A stretch of DNA of 64,000 nt, taken from contig CM082595.2 of NCBI GenBank assembly GCA_040954595.2, forward strand, positions 2,651,943 through 2,715,942, given 5' to 3'. Positions 11,401 through 25,419 of the stretch are shown in pieces. This DNA comes from Balanoglossus misakiensis (lineage: Eukaryota > Animalia > Hemichordata). The position numbers and the translations under genes are program-made. The notes beneath the pieces are model-generated. The model saw only the letters and a program-made list of their open reading frames with translations, was not told the origin of the DNA and did no database searches. Position 1 is the stretch's first letter, and the number at the start of each line of letters is the position of its first letter.

Positions 11401-14400
11401 GTTGTCGGAAATTCAATCAAGATGCAAATTTGCCAATTACCGTAATACTATTGATTTCAGACAGCTATCGCTCGGACTGTGTGAACTTTCCTCCTAAAGC
11501 CTGTGTCTCGAGTCAGAGACCGTCCTCATAGCTGGCTTTCAACAACAACAAAATCAAGACGGAAAAGCATCTCCAGTTAACAACTGCCTCAGGGCAGACA
11601 CCCATATACCCAGGATTGTAATAAAACGATTGATCAGCAACCCTGGGGGAACAGACATTCCGACATTCCAATCGTTCATTTCCTTAACTTTTGATAAAGT
11701 TATGATATTTGCGACTGGAGCACTTCTAATTTTGCCAGCATTTGTCTTAAATATCGGAGGAGAGTGCAGATGGAGAGATATACAGACGATGAAGGTTACA
11801 GATATGAAAACAAGACGCCATCTTTTAACCACTACAACAGGTTATAATATAAATCTCAGGATGTCCCGCGGCAAAGAGTCGAGACCTGTGCAACTAACAC
11901 AAAGAATCACCAACGCTCATCACTTCTCCAACATTTCCTTTTCAACCCAGAAATCATCCCATGATAAAAGAACTTGCGATGAAACTGTTCTGTGAAAGAA
12001 ACGTAATCCCGTCTTCTATCCAGTCTGAGTCATATATTTTTTTTTCTGTGCAGGCAATCTCAAAGCAGTAGCCTCAGGCATCCTGCTTACATAAAAGCCC
12101 ATATATACTCCAAACAAAACGGCTCCATTTTCAAATTAAGTGTACACTTTATGAAGTAATACCGTTATCATATTTTCACACACAAACCAGGACTTCAGTA
12201 TAATTAATAACAAAAATGCTACGTTGATCCAGAAATCAGTCATAACGGTCCTAATCCGATTTTAACCCTGCGCGGTTTTCAAAACCCTAACATCAACTCC
12301 GAAAAAGAAAGCAAAACAACGACATAATAGGTATGAACAACAGAGCCGGAAGGATGGTGGCATTCCTTTGTAGAACCCAAATTCTCACCTGCTGCGATTG
12401 CATGCACTGCCAAGGCCATGTTGAAAACGCCTTCCTTCCAACGTTCATCATAATTACGTATGCGGATAAACTCGCCACAAAAACCTGATTTGTAATTTGT
12501 TTATGCGACTGCTTTTCTTCTCCCGCCAGTGTCCTCTCTGCCAGTTCCGGTGTGAAGGGTGACCACCGCTGATGTCCAGCAGACAGAGTATTGTCACTTA
12601 CACGTGCCTCTCACTGGCGCCGTGCCAACATAATTCCACTGGGCCAAGCCAATCTGCTCGTAAGACCCCCAAAAGGCATTGTTTGCCTCAAACAACCCTT
12701 CCATGCCAGTGATAACAAATGTACTCCATTCATTGGGGAAAACTCTGACATAGAATAGCTGATCAAAACTACTTGCTCCTCGTAAATCTTTTTTTTTTTG
12801 AGCAAGAGAGAGGGGGTATGGCATGTACAACAAATCCCCACCAAATGTCCAGCCGAGTATGAAACTTTTGTTCTTTCAAAATACACAGCCAACAGTCGTT
12901 TGCACATTTAACCTCCAGACATGTTCATCTATGTGTACACAATACAATTGTCTTCAGCGTCCCAATTGAGAAGGAAAGCCTTTATGGTTCAAAAGAGAGG
13001 GGCCAATATGTCATCAATACGCCCCGAAACATAGTTAATCAAGGTTAAGAAATATAAGAATTTTGTGTACTTGAGATGGGTACAATAGGTTAGAGTCTTG
13101 GAGTGGGTGGGTGGGGGGGGGGGGGTGACCGCTAAGCTGTAACCCTTAGCAACCAAGGACTGCTCAAAAGAGGAACCAGGGTAAAATCAGAGTACACTGG
13201 GAAAGAACACTGCCCTCTGGTGTTCATCATTCATAGTGAGGTTACAATAACTGCTTGAGGACTAAACAACTGTAATGGAGATGTAGATGTGATGTGAAAT
13301 GTCAAAACCTGTTTGGAGTTCTCTCTTCATTTCAAATCACGCCAGCGATTACGTTTTGATAATATACCAAATTAACAACTATAAAACCAGTCTACACTCA
13401 AGTGTTTAAAACATCTTGCACAAGAATTCATCCAAGAGTCAAATCTCTATTGACATCAACTGCGATAAGTTTTCAAGGTTTTGGTGTTTGTGATGCTGAA
13501 GTAAAACTCGACTTACAGTTAACACAATCATTCAGATTTACATAAAACAGTTCCTCCTATCATTTGATCTTTCGACCGCTAATGTGCTGCAAACTTGGAC
13601 CACCGCCAAAGGTGACCTCTAACCCCCTCTGTCCACACGTCACCAGGACAATGTCCCAAGCGCTTAGTCTCAGTTTCCATTCACATGCAAATCATATGCA
13701 AATAGGCCACTAAATTAGCTTTTAACCACACAAATGGCAACAGTGTATGCAAAAGCTTAGATGTGACAGCAGCGTCTGACATTGGGTTGCTGTGTCATCA
13801 GGTTTCCATGGCAACAAATCCGACAGGCTCAGAAATCCCAACAATTCTCAAATTAAACATGGGCGTTTCTCGTAGACGCCAAGGTTGTTATCAGATGGAC
13901 TGCCCTCCAAATACAGAAAGAAGAATCTTGACTCGTAATACTCGTAATTTCTTACAATTTACAGTATAACTTTGCAATGCAAATCACCATCTGACTAGTA
14001 TATCTCACTCAACAGGCCCAGAAAACTGTACCAAAGTTGAACAGTTCAAACTATTTCAGTATCTGTACCCTGAAACCACTTCACATAACCTAAAACCATG
14101 TCCAACAAGACTTACCACTATCTTTTTCAAACTTGGTAATTTGTCACAGTCAATTTTATCCCTCTCAAATTACAGGTCCGGGGAGTATGTGTACATTGAC
14201 ATCCTAGATGACTGATCCATATCTCAATCACTGAGCACACATCCAACCTGTTGACTTATATCTGGTCCAACCGCCGTCAGTCATAAACTCAAGTTCCAAT
14301 AGTGTATATAAATCGCAGTGGTAGAACTTTTTGAACAGAGCCAGCTACAAATATTTGCTAGACCCAGTAATACAGGGGCATGGTTTGTTTACACATGGTT

Positions 14401-17400
14401 ACAATAAAACAAAATTGGCCGGAAGAATAGGGCTGGGCGCTTGCTGAAGAATGGTGAGAGTCCTTGAACCAAATAAGGGTAAATAAAATTTTAACTCAAG
14501 AGATGTTATCAGTGATACCTGTTGATAAATTGCTGTCGGGTCGGTCGATCAATCTTTTCATGGAACACAAAATCACAGAGTACATGTACAAGCTGTGCAT
14601 GGTTTTCACCAAAGCAGCAAAATATTTACAAGCGTTATTCTCTTTTAATGTTACCAGTAATCGTGCAGAATATGAAGTCACTTGGACAATACTAGATGAT
14701 GGAAAATGGACAAGATATGGATTTAGAGATATCCAGCAAAGACCAGTAGAGACAAATTCCAAATAGCAAGTGGCCACATGAGGTGGAAACTTGCAAACCA
14801 GGAGTTTGAAAACTCAACGTTCCACCAAGAAAAGACGCCCACTGGGGTACTATAGACGTATGCAATATCAGCTCCACACAAAAGGGTTTATGAATGGAAG
14901 AATACACGGCCTGATAAACAACAACAGTTCAAATGTCAAATGTCTTGTAAATCAATATCGGTCACCAATGCTGGCTGTTGTACTACCAGTAGTGGGTTCT
15001 CGTTTCACAGTTTTACAGAAAGACCAAAGCGTCATGTTTCCAGCTTGCGCAATGAATTACATGTACAGGAACATATTATATTCTGGGTCAGAGGTCAAAT
15101 AGAAGACATCCAATGGGTAAATCACAAATCTCGATAATCCTCCTACTTCTGGGTTGACTCAAAAATTTGCATTACTGGACCAGTCTGATCACCAGAGTTA
15201 TCACACTGTCATCAGAATGACCCAAAATAAAACATGATATTATTCACATATTTAACAGATTACCATTTTCACAGACCAGGATGAAGCCAGAACCAGGGCT
15301 GAAAACAATTTTACGGTTATGCTGAAAACTGCAAGTGGTTTTCACCCCTTGGGAAATCAAACCAAGTCTAAATCCAGGGCAGTTACAAAGCACCACACAA
15401 AAGACACAGCCCACTGTTTTTTGTTGGTGTTAACAGTTATTGAGGATTACTCAATAGCCGAGTTAATTGAAAGGCATATTCCCTCAGGGCTTGGGATTTG
15501 ACAAGACTGGAAAACAATAACACGTTCCTTCCCCCATTGCTATACTGCATCCGGAAGAGAATTTACTTCCTTGGAAAAAATCAGGTGCCTCCAGCAATTA
15601 TACAGGAGGGAGGTTCAGTGTATGCTAGATAAGACAGTACCAAGCGTTTTAGTGACACGGTTCAAAACGATGATTTTCAATGTCAGGGCCACACCAACCT
15701 GTCCTTCTGTAACTTTGCTGGAAGAGCCAGGCACTCCCAGAAGTAAAACAGTCATACTACCCACTCTTTGAGTGACCATAAAAAAGTTCAACTAAACTTT
15801 GATACAATGAAAACGAAATTATTCAATGGCGTTTTGAAAGGTCTCCTGGGTGATTCCACAAAAGTATTTGACATGAAATTCAAAAAAAAAAAAAGAATGA
15901 CACAATAAGACATTCACACTCTCGTCTCCTGTGAATGGGTGCTTCTCAACTGTGACTGAAATGAAAGACTCCTGAACTGAAAATGTAGTCTGAGTGTGAT
16001 TAATTGTCTGCTAATTTATTCATAATATACAGCAGTGAAAATAGCAGGTAATCTATTTTTCTCCAGTTCAGAGAACTTAACACCCAACGTTAACCCCTTC
16101 ACCCCCATTCCCTGCAAATGGATGCACCCAAGTCAGTGACAACAATGGAGTAAAGACTATTCATAGGGGGGAAACTTGCAATTCAATTGCTCTTTTGCAA
16201 GTATCGCTAACAGCAATCTTTGTGGGGTTTTTTAATCACTTTTTTCCTGAGGTATGGATAGGCACGTAATCTTCCAGTAAATTGCAATTGTCAGAGTCTT
16301 TCTTACACAGTTCACAGCTAGGTCACCATGCACACACGAATCCATGGTTTGCTAAAGGAGATTAACTGGGTCACAAGCAATACACTGAATATGTCAACCA
16401 ACAAAAGGTTGTGCTTGGGACAACGGTCACTTCACAAACCATTCACCAATACAAAGATGACTTTTTTCCCTGTTTGAAATACTTTTACATGAAATACTAG
16501 TCACTAGCTTGGTTGATAAAAATGACCGATGACAATAAATCCTAAGAATCTACCTGGTTGATCTTTCATTGAATATATCTTTTTAAATACATTGCAGTTA
16601 CACCAAAAGATTTCGGTTGGGATTTTTTTATTTCAACAAAAATCTGTTTGGATTGGTGGCTCAGATTGTACAATTATATGGCTTCCCCTGAACTCCACAG
16701 GGGAACTGTTTTCCTGCAGTAAACAATTAGAATCCTAATGCCAGGCAGCTCAGATATCAAGACATGTTAGGCGATGTTGGACAACGGAAAGCCATTTGCC
16801 TAGTAAACAGTAGGGGTGATTCGCAAAAACAAATGATGGATAAAAAGCACGGCAGTTAATTATCCCGAGCTGGAAAAAACGGCAGCAGTAGCCTTGGTAT
16901 TTTCCGACTGTACACCGAAGAATGCCAATGTACACAACGGACAAATAAAACCAGCACTAAACAACTTTTAATTGGATTTGGATCATGATGCGCCCCATCT
17001 ATCCTGGGAACCAGAGTAAATAAATTCCGATGCATTTTCAGCAAAACAACAATATTGCAACATCACAAATACCAGGATACATGACATCAGAACTATGCTG
17101 TATTCCCATCTTTTGCAAGAAAAAACTCACGACTGTCAATATTGACAGTCCATCAAGTCCCAATGAAATGGACAGACAGTTCCTTCCGGGTGGGCATAGT
17201 ATACAACTACACCATCACATTCCAAAACATCGTTAGTGAAATATACACACTGACACTAAAAACCGCTACAAAATCTGCAACCAACATGTATGTAATGAAC
17301 ATCTGTACAGATTTCATATAACCCAACCACAGTGATATCGTGGTTCCGCGATCGGGGGTCTCCCTCAGGGAAGACGCAAAGCGATCAATCAGCTGACGTG

Positions 17401-17737
17401 GAACTAAGGTGTGAAAATCTTGCAAGTTATCGATCTCCTACCTGGCCAAATCGATCCATAACAAACCAAGCAGTGGTCTGAGAGTGATGCCGATCTCGTC
17501 GGGGCTTCTTTTCTGCTGAAAAGACTACTTTACGCGATCGGGGCGCAGCGATCGATCTTTACGTGGACACGGTGTAACGAAAAAACATTATGTGATCTGC
17601 GCGCCAAAATGTACTGAACGTTTGTAAACGAGCATGCACTGCACTCGTGAATAAGGTGTCAACATCTCGGGCCAAAAACAATGCCTTCCCTGACGCCAAG
17701 CGTGGACTTAATTAACATTGATGCATTCCACACTTAC

Positions 17738-18030
17738 AGGGTGACACTGTCGTTGGTCCAAGATGTAGACAAATCGACAGAAATAACGATTTTAGAAGCT
17801 GATTTTGACTTACCGATCAAACGTTAACACCACGAGGTCTTGAAGAATGTGCCCTGGATGTGACCTATGCAGGAATGAATATTCATAAAGTCTCTAAAAT
17901 GCACGCAGCAGGGTTTTCTTCTCGGGAAACTCAGGCGATTATCTCACACGGAGGTTATTTTAGTGACACTCTACTTTCGTTTCGCAAAATAAACTTAAAA
18001 CAGCAACTTTTAAACGACAGGTATCGTTTA
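17738..18030 (-). other. Probable non-coding exon 1 of the p53-family gene with two alternative 5' splice sites
   Basis: Minus-strand donors CG|gtaagt (exon end 17814) and CT|gtaagt (exon end 17738). Surroundings are CpG-rich and promoter motifs lie immediately upstream. The TSS position is approximate. Confidence 0.55.
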
Positions 18031-18039
18031 CCTACAGCA

Positions 18040-18110
18040 CACGTACGGAAGTACTTCTTCAGTGACCCTGATTTGACCCCTAACTTACATTTCAACTGAC
18101 CAATCAGAAC
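18040..18110 (-). promoter_or_regulatory. Putative p53-family P1 promoter, head-to-head with DNAJC16
   Basis: ETS motif CGGAAGT 18046-18052, DR5 TGACCC-n5-TGACCC 18063-18079, CCAAT box near 18100. Confidence 0.45.
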
Positions 18111-20158
18111 ACTTGGATCATCTTTCACGCATTACCTGTATTTTTTGCTAACAAAATTCCCTCGTATTGTACGAATATCCATACTGCCGCACTTTCAGTT
18201 ATTGTTTCTTTATCGAGACATATTTATGATCATATAAATCTGTGTTAAGCCCTGTTTTTCGTTGTCGAACGACGGTGACAGCACCGTGGTATTCGATCAG
18301 CCAATGTGGTTTCCACAGTTGGATTTCAATGAAGACTTCAAACTTTTAGTGTGATCGAAAAAGACTTGTGGTAATTACAAAATAAGTTGCGACAAAAGAA
18401 AAATAGAAGAATAACCTTGAATCTTACGACACGAAGGACACAATTTTCAAAAGCGATGAGACCATCAAGGTCTCGGTTTGTAAACATAGTCAAATGCAGT
18501 GCAGTGACCCTTGGTCTTTCATTGTCCATTCTTCTATAGTGTAAAGCAATGAGAAAGATGGATGGATGCGCATTCACGTTTAAAGCAGTTTTTACACATG
18601 AGAAGATGGTGGTATATAATATGTTTGATATGGACTTAGCCCTTACAAAAATACCCTATATGATTCCTATAGGGTTAGCTTATAGTATTTGAACTCGAGA
18701 TTTATGATATGCTAAAACCACCTGTGAGAAGGCTCCCCAACTGTATATCCATCATCATTGCTATCTTTCAAGAACCACATAAATAACCTTAGTCTTTATT
18801 TCTTATATGGCCTATAGCGCATAACTACAGCGCGTTTTGCAATCTAGTAAAATGGACAACAAAAGTGAAATAAAAAAGATCAAAGCTTGGTTAAAACAGT
18901 TTACGTAACACCCAACTCATCAAAGATCATTAATATATAGTCGGGAAAATTGTTTCACGAGTCGTCTGATCAGACGCCTACTGATGGAAGGAATGTGTCT
19001 TAATACGAAACATATTTTTGCACAAATTGATAGTGTGACGTTTCTTAGGTACCCTTGGGACAGCTATTCACGATGGCCGACATCTCGCGATTAAAAGGAC
19101 ATGGGGCATAAAAGCATGTATAACAGGGATCCGTTATCGAACGACGGCCTTGGGGATATTCGCAGTCGCAGTCCCTTGTGAACGATCAACTTTTCTCCCT
19201 TCATCCGTTGACCTCTTCATTTTCTCTCTAATGAATGGTCAACTTCGGACTTGAACACATGTCGGCCTTGGTTCCTGCATATAAAGTGTGGTTGTGTAAC
19301 CCTTTTTGTGCAAGGAAACAGTCAAAGAGTGATAGAACACGAAAATAGGCCTATAAGAAAAAAAATAATCAAGTTTCGCTGATTCTGTTCAGTGTATTTT
19401 AATCACATACGACACTCCGCATATAATGTTTCACTTTCCTGCCATGGACCTATCTGATTCACATTACCGAAGCCTTTGTCTCAACTTACAATTACAGCAT
19501 ATTTATACAGCACATCGAATCCGAAACTTTTAAATGATGACAAATGAACAGATGTAGTCTAACTAAAGAAACTGGGCTTTCCCATTCGTCACCTATCAAA
19601 TCGAGCGACTGTTTCGTCAGTTTCACGATTGTTTTGAAAAGTTATGTTAAGGTATAACAAAATTGACTGATTGCATGAATGAAGTGACGTTAGAATATGC
19701 TGCTTATGATCTATTAGATCATATTCTCAATTGAGCAGATGGCCAAGGAGGCCAGTGCATGCAGTGATCGGATCGATTTGGAAAGCGCCACCAGCGACAA
19801 AAAGCTCTTACATTTTGTCGCAAATAAAGAAACGAATACTTCTCCTGGTTTTAGACGTATAAAATCAAAATGCATTGAAAAATAAAACAACAATAAATTT
19901 TACAATGATATATATAACCAGTTTATTTACGTATAGAAATTGGTCTGTTATTATTGACCCGAAATACCCTTTTATCGCAAAACTAACTTACCCATTTACG
20001 GTACGAGTATTTCCTGGGTATTTACACTGCTGATCAGCGTAATGATGATAATTCTCTGGAATTAATTAGCGAATACGCCTCACCGTTACATGAGTTCGTG
20101 AATGGCTTTAAGACTTTCAATCATATATACTCAGTTCGTCTGATTGTTTTGGAGCGAA

Positions 20159-22168
20159 ATGAGATCCTTCTTGTGCAGAAAAGTATCAGTCGTCTGCGTT
20201 CTCCTAATCCTGGGGATAACAACATCATCTGCCAGTCTCAATCCTTACACAGAACTCGGGGTTGAAAGAACGGCGTCATCGCAGGAAATCAAAAGAGCAT
20301 ATAAACAACTTGCTAAGGAATGGTAAGGATATCTACTCATTTTAATAAAAGCCATTCTCGCTATCGTTCCATGGCCGGTATGGTTGTTGATCTCGGATAT
20401 GATGTACATGTCATGTGTATATTTCTTTCACTGTGCATAATGATAGTGTTGGGTTTCCGATGCAGCGATCCAAGTATTCCGTGTGAAGACTATCTTTTAC
20501 GCCTAGGTTACCTCACCGTCCGGTTATTTAAGCCGAACGCTATCTTTATTTTCTTCTTCTCACCACTGAAGGTGTAGCATATGTTTCTAGTAGTACTGAT
20601 GATACTGATAGTGATATACTAGTAGACATTTGCCCTTTGTACAGTAGACGGCCAATCAATAACACTATGAATGCATTGTGTCCATAGTGTACCTGAATCA
20701 CAAAACAAAGCCCCTACTTTCACTTTCAGTATAATCCAGAAAGTACTGTTGGTCTGATGATAAATGCGCTCACACTGTATTGATAGAAATGATAGATTCT
20801 CATTCATAAATCTGTTCCTTGCATTCAATTATAGGCATCCAGATAAAAACAAAGATCCTGATGCCGCAGATAAGTTTATGAAAATAAGTGAAGCATACGA
20901 GGTAAGTAATGACTTGACGACAGAGACAAGTTGTGAGTCAGTGTAATTTGTGTTGCCATGGGAACACAGGTTGTTGAGTTGGAAATTGAAGGACAGTTGA
21001 TGAGTGGCCACCTTATTATGAAGAAATGTGACTTCCTTAACATCAGTATAGGATATCTCATGTTATTGCTGGTTAATAGGCAACTAAAAATAAATTTCAT
21101 GTCTTATTACAGATTCTCTCAGATGATCAAAAGAGGCAAGACTATGATCATTTTGGTTACACAGACTCTAGCAATCGCAGAAATGACCCCAACCCCTTTC
21201 ATGGATTTGGAAATCACTTCAGGAACTTTGACTTTGGCAATGGCTTTGGGTTCAAATTTGAATCCGGTCAGAGAGGAGGTAAAGATCAGCGTCACAGGAT
21301 CAACCTCAATGGTTACCAACATAACATTCTGCCAATAAGTCATAGGAAACCGTACCTTATCTTCATCACTGCGGACTGGTGTTTCTCTTGCAAGCAAGCT
21401 GAGGGGCCCTGGGAGGACATAGTGAAAGAATTAGAACCTTTAGGTAAGTAGAAAAAAATCAAGGCCCCCTAAGCAAATAGAAAAAAATGCTGCTAAATTT
21501 TAGATGGGCTGCTAATGCTGAACTGACCTTTGGTTAATTCCTACACAGGGATCGGTATGGCGGTTGTCAATGCTGACTATGACAGGCGTTTGCCGGATGA
21601 ACTTGGGATAGGCCGCATTCCAGCACTGGTAGCTGTCCTGAAAGGAAGAGTGTATCATTTCAAGAATTTCAAATCTCTGAATGTGAAATCTGTCAAAGAC
21701 TTCCTGCAAGGATTGTTTCCTACTGGACTTGTCAACATGGTAAGTTATATACACGACATATAAAATGCTGTAGTTTGTTTAGTTTGCAGAGGTAAAGCAT
21801 ACAGATACATCAAAGGACAATCATATGATAAGAATGTTACTTTTTCCCCCGAATGCAGTTACATGATAACAGCTACCAAGATTTTCTGAGTGGCTGGAAA
21901 GACAACAAACCCAGGGCCTTGCTGTTCTCCTCAAGAACCGAGGTGCCATTGCTGTTCCTGGTGGTCGCACTGGAGAATAAAGACAGGGTGGCCTTCGGCA
22001 TGGTTCCCAGGAGTAGTTTGGATACACAGGCTGTGAGGAGGAAGTACAATGTTGTCTCGTCGTCTGAGCCAACTCTGCTGATATTCAGAGAAGATATAGA
22101 GCATCCAGCTCATAGATTGGAGGTGAGATCTTGAGGTTTTGCCTGCTGCACACTGATTACTCCTTTGT

Positions 22169-22207
<39 letters not shown>

Positions 22208-22235
22208 GAGAGAGAGAGAGAGAGAGAGAGAAAGG

Positions 22236-22267
<32 letters not shown>

Positions 22268-25200
22268 ATCAGAGTGCACTGCTTTGGGCATCAATGTCAT
22301 TTAGAAACTATGGAAGTGTGTATTTAACCCTGTACTGACCTGACATAAAGTTTGTCTTTCTTTCTCTGTCTAGGCCACAGAGATGAAGAGTGGAGTTCTG
22401 AGAGACGCGGTCAGAGGTCACCACTACTTGACTCTGCCAAGACTCTCATCACAGGCTGTGTTTGAACAGTTGTGTCCGGTATCTGTGAGCTCACACAATA
22501 AAAGGTAGGGTGTTTGAATTAACCCTTTCACACAATGGTACAGTCCAAAACCATTGGCAATGTCAGGTTTCAGCTGTTCCTTCTGGTACCCCCCCCCACC
22601 CCTTTATTTCAGCATGTTATGATATGCTGAAAATTACAATAAGCTCAAACAAAAGTAGTGTCATGTGGTGAAAACTATCATGTGTAAATTGAGGGTATAT
22701 TTTGTTTTCCAGGTTCTGTGTGGTGTTGATCAGCAGAGACACCAGTGACCATGACGAAGCCAGGGCTATGCTGCGTGATTTCATCACAGAGAACTCGTAC
22801 ACAAAGAACAAGGTTCGATTCTCCTACCTGTACGAAGGAACGCAAAGCAGATTTGTCCAAGCATTGACGAAAGGACAAGTCCTGCTCAACGACTGGCCTC
22901 TTCCGGTAAGCCACTTGTGATAAATCTGTTTGGTCATTAAAACAATCCCTTTCACCACCACCATGGTTCAGTCCAAAACCATTGTTTGTTTGTTTTTCAC
23001 ACAGCTTGCTATTCTGTGGAGGGAGAAGACATTCCGTGTGTCGTACGACTGGCTACCTACTGGATGGAGTGGAAAGCTAAAGAATGCAGACGAAGACAAG
23101 AAGAATTTAAAGACTTATTTAGACAAAGTGATAGCAGGGACAAAAGAATTGCCAAAGAAATCCAACATTGAGGATCTGCTGGATGAAAATTATGTAAGTT
23201 GGATAGTTCATTGAATCAAGAAAAAAAGTTTGTTTGTTTGTTTGGATTTCAGTAAATCAGTTCTGAGAAGCTCTTCATTATCCAAAGATGACAGTCCATG
23301 TAACATGTACCAGGAAACTAGAATAAAACTACTGATATTGTATTTTGATAATAATTTTTGTCTTTCATGTTTCCTTGTTACAGAGCGTGTGGTCAGATGC
23401 ATATAGCCGATTTATAGAAAAGCTCGGATCAGTTTGGAGATATCTAAGCAGTTCTAGGTGGTAAGTGATAAAACACAGAAATATTGCAGGCAAGGGAAGT
23501 GGTTGTAGTTTGTACCTATGCAGACATTGTATCCTGTGAACGACACATTTATGTCTTGTCAAAGTTTTTGTGCAACATTTTCTCATTTTTTACAAGACTT
23601 GTAATGTCAATTTTCCACCAGGGAAGACCTCCTTTGGTTAGTGGTTGTTGCCATGATTATTCTACCAATTATTACACCATTTATTGTACGAGCTGTAAGA
23701 AATGTAGCACAAGTTCTTCGACACCATCCTAAAGTCAGGTAAATTAGACACGATGTCATTTTCTGCTGGGAATGAGGGATGCTAGAGTCTCTGAAGACGA
23801 CAGGAATCATTTGAACAAAGTTTGTATATTTTGCAACTGGGCATCTCTGGTGAATGGCAAATTTAATGTCTTCAGTGGCTGTCTGTATCTCTCAATCCCA
23901 GACAGAACTGTACTTTCAACTTTATTCGTGAAAATAATCATTTGGTTTTTCGTTTTACAGGGAGGAATCTGCGTTAACCATTGCTATGCTTGCTGTCTAT
24001 CTACTGCCAATTTTGCTTGTATTCAGCAGTGTACTCTCCTTCAGTAAACCAAGGTGATTTTTGTTAATATGCTGATTTTTGCATGCAGTCCACTGCTGGT
24101 TGGCTTGCGAAAGTTGTAGGGAGCAGTGTGGTTATTTCAAGATGCGTGTAACATAGGGGTGTGAGTGGTTCAGTGTGAATTTCATCTGAGCTTGATGTTT
24201 CAATCATTGAATTCTGAGTTCTGCTTACTGGTCCCTGGGTACAAAGTCCAGGGTGTGTGTAGCTTAGGCTCTGTCTCTCTGTCTGCCTCTCCTGCTTGCC
24301 ATTACTCATACATGAGAAATGCCTTTATGAAGAAGTAAAAAATGTGTGTGCCTACAGATTTGCTTTGTGAAGTAATCCAATATGGCCGCAACAGGTGGCT
24401 ATTGTGTTTACTATTGCGAAGTCCTGAACTCTTGGCTCTCTATTCGTAGCTTTCAAAAAATTAAGGCAGATATAATTTGTTCAATATTTTTGACATTCAG
24501 TGTCTTTTCTTCTTGACAGAGATGAAAATCAAAGACAACCAAGAGATGATCCTGTTGCAGATTTAAGGTAAACTCTCAAAATTCAAAATGGCCGCCAATC
24601 TCATACTGCATTTATGAATGTGACTATGGACAAAGATTTACAGTTTCTCCATTGTGTCCACCAGGGATGGCAATGAAGAGGTGCCTGTGGTTCGTATGGA
24701 CCCTGCTCTGTACCAACGACTGGTGTTGGAACCGACCAGCAGTGGTCTTACTCTGGTGTTACTTGTCGATCGAAGACAAAGAGATGATTGCCTAGCCCAG
24801 TTTAAAGAGATAGTCAGGTATGGTAAACCCCTCTCCCATTCTAGCTTGAATTGGAAACTTTGATTGTAAACTTGTATTTGCTGTTATGGGTACCTGTCAT
24901 AACACTGATATTTCTTGCCATTTCTTTCCAGTTTACACAAGTTTAATGTTGTCTACACCTACCTTGAGGTGGAGGCATATTACACCTGGTTTGAAGATGT
25001 CCGTGGCATTGAAGTCAGGTCAGAGTCACATGGCCGGGAATACGCAGGCTGTGTGCTGGCACTTAATGGACGCAGAAAATATTACTGTTTATTCACACCC
25101 CATACAAACGCCACAGTCCATGCAGAAGGATTGGGGCAAGGGGATTCAGGAAGCAATGAGGATGAGCTCCCAGCACAGGATCTGTTGCCTGGCTTGGAGA

Positions 25201-25271
25201 CGTGGCTAGAAAGAATTTATGATGGATCATTAGAAAGACATGCTGTACACAAGTGGCCACCACTTTGGTAG
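20159..25271 (+). CDS. DNAJC16: DnaJ homolog subfamily C member 16 (ERdj8), about 14 coding exons
   Basis: Signal peptide, then a J domain (NPYTELGV...AKEW|HPDKN across exons 20159-20322, 20835-20901, 21113-21443), a thioredoxin-like WCFSC motif, further Trx-like segments and hydrophobic TM segments at 23.6-24.05 kb. The last exon ends WLERIYDGSLERHAVHKWPPLW*. Junctions are canonical GT-AG. Confidence 0.93.
22171..22267. repeat. (GA)n/(GACA)n microsatellite in a DNAJC16 intron
   Basis: Direct reading of the sequence. Confidence 0.95.
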
Positions 25272-25273
25272 AT

Positions 25274-25419
25274 ACAGTAGTGCCGTGGAACCTGTGTTAT
25301 CCGGACATTGGATAAACCAGATTGCCTATCTGTTCCAACCACTTCTCTGTGTCTAATACATACATCTCTCTAGACTGCTTCAGTTTATCCAGTGTTTGGT
25401 TAAAACAGGTTTCACTGTA
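25274..25419. mobile_element. Tc1/pogo-like MITE remnant in the DNAJC16 3'UTR
   Basis: Imperfect inverted termini (gtggaacctgt ... acaggtttcactgta) ending in TA. A related terminus cagtgaaacctgtct occurs near 40799. Confidence 0.45.

Noticed and set aside
2992-17425. Many 60-144 aa ORFs in the p53-family first intron
   Set aside because: No domain similarity, no consistent exon chain, and no transposase or RT motifs; consistent with random ORFs.
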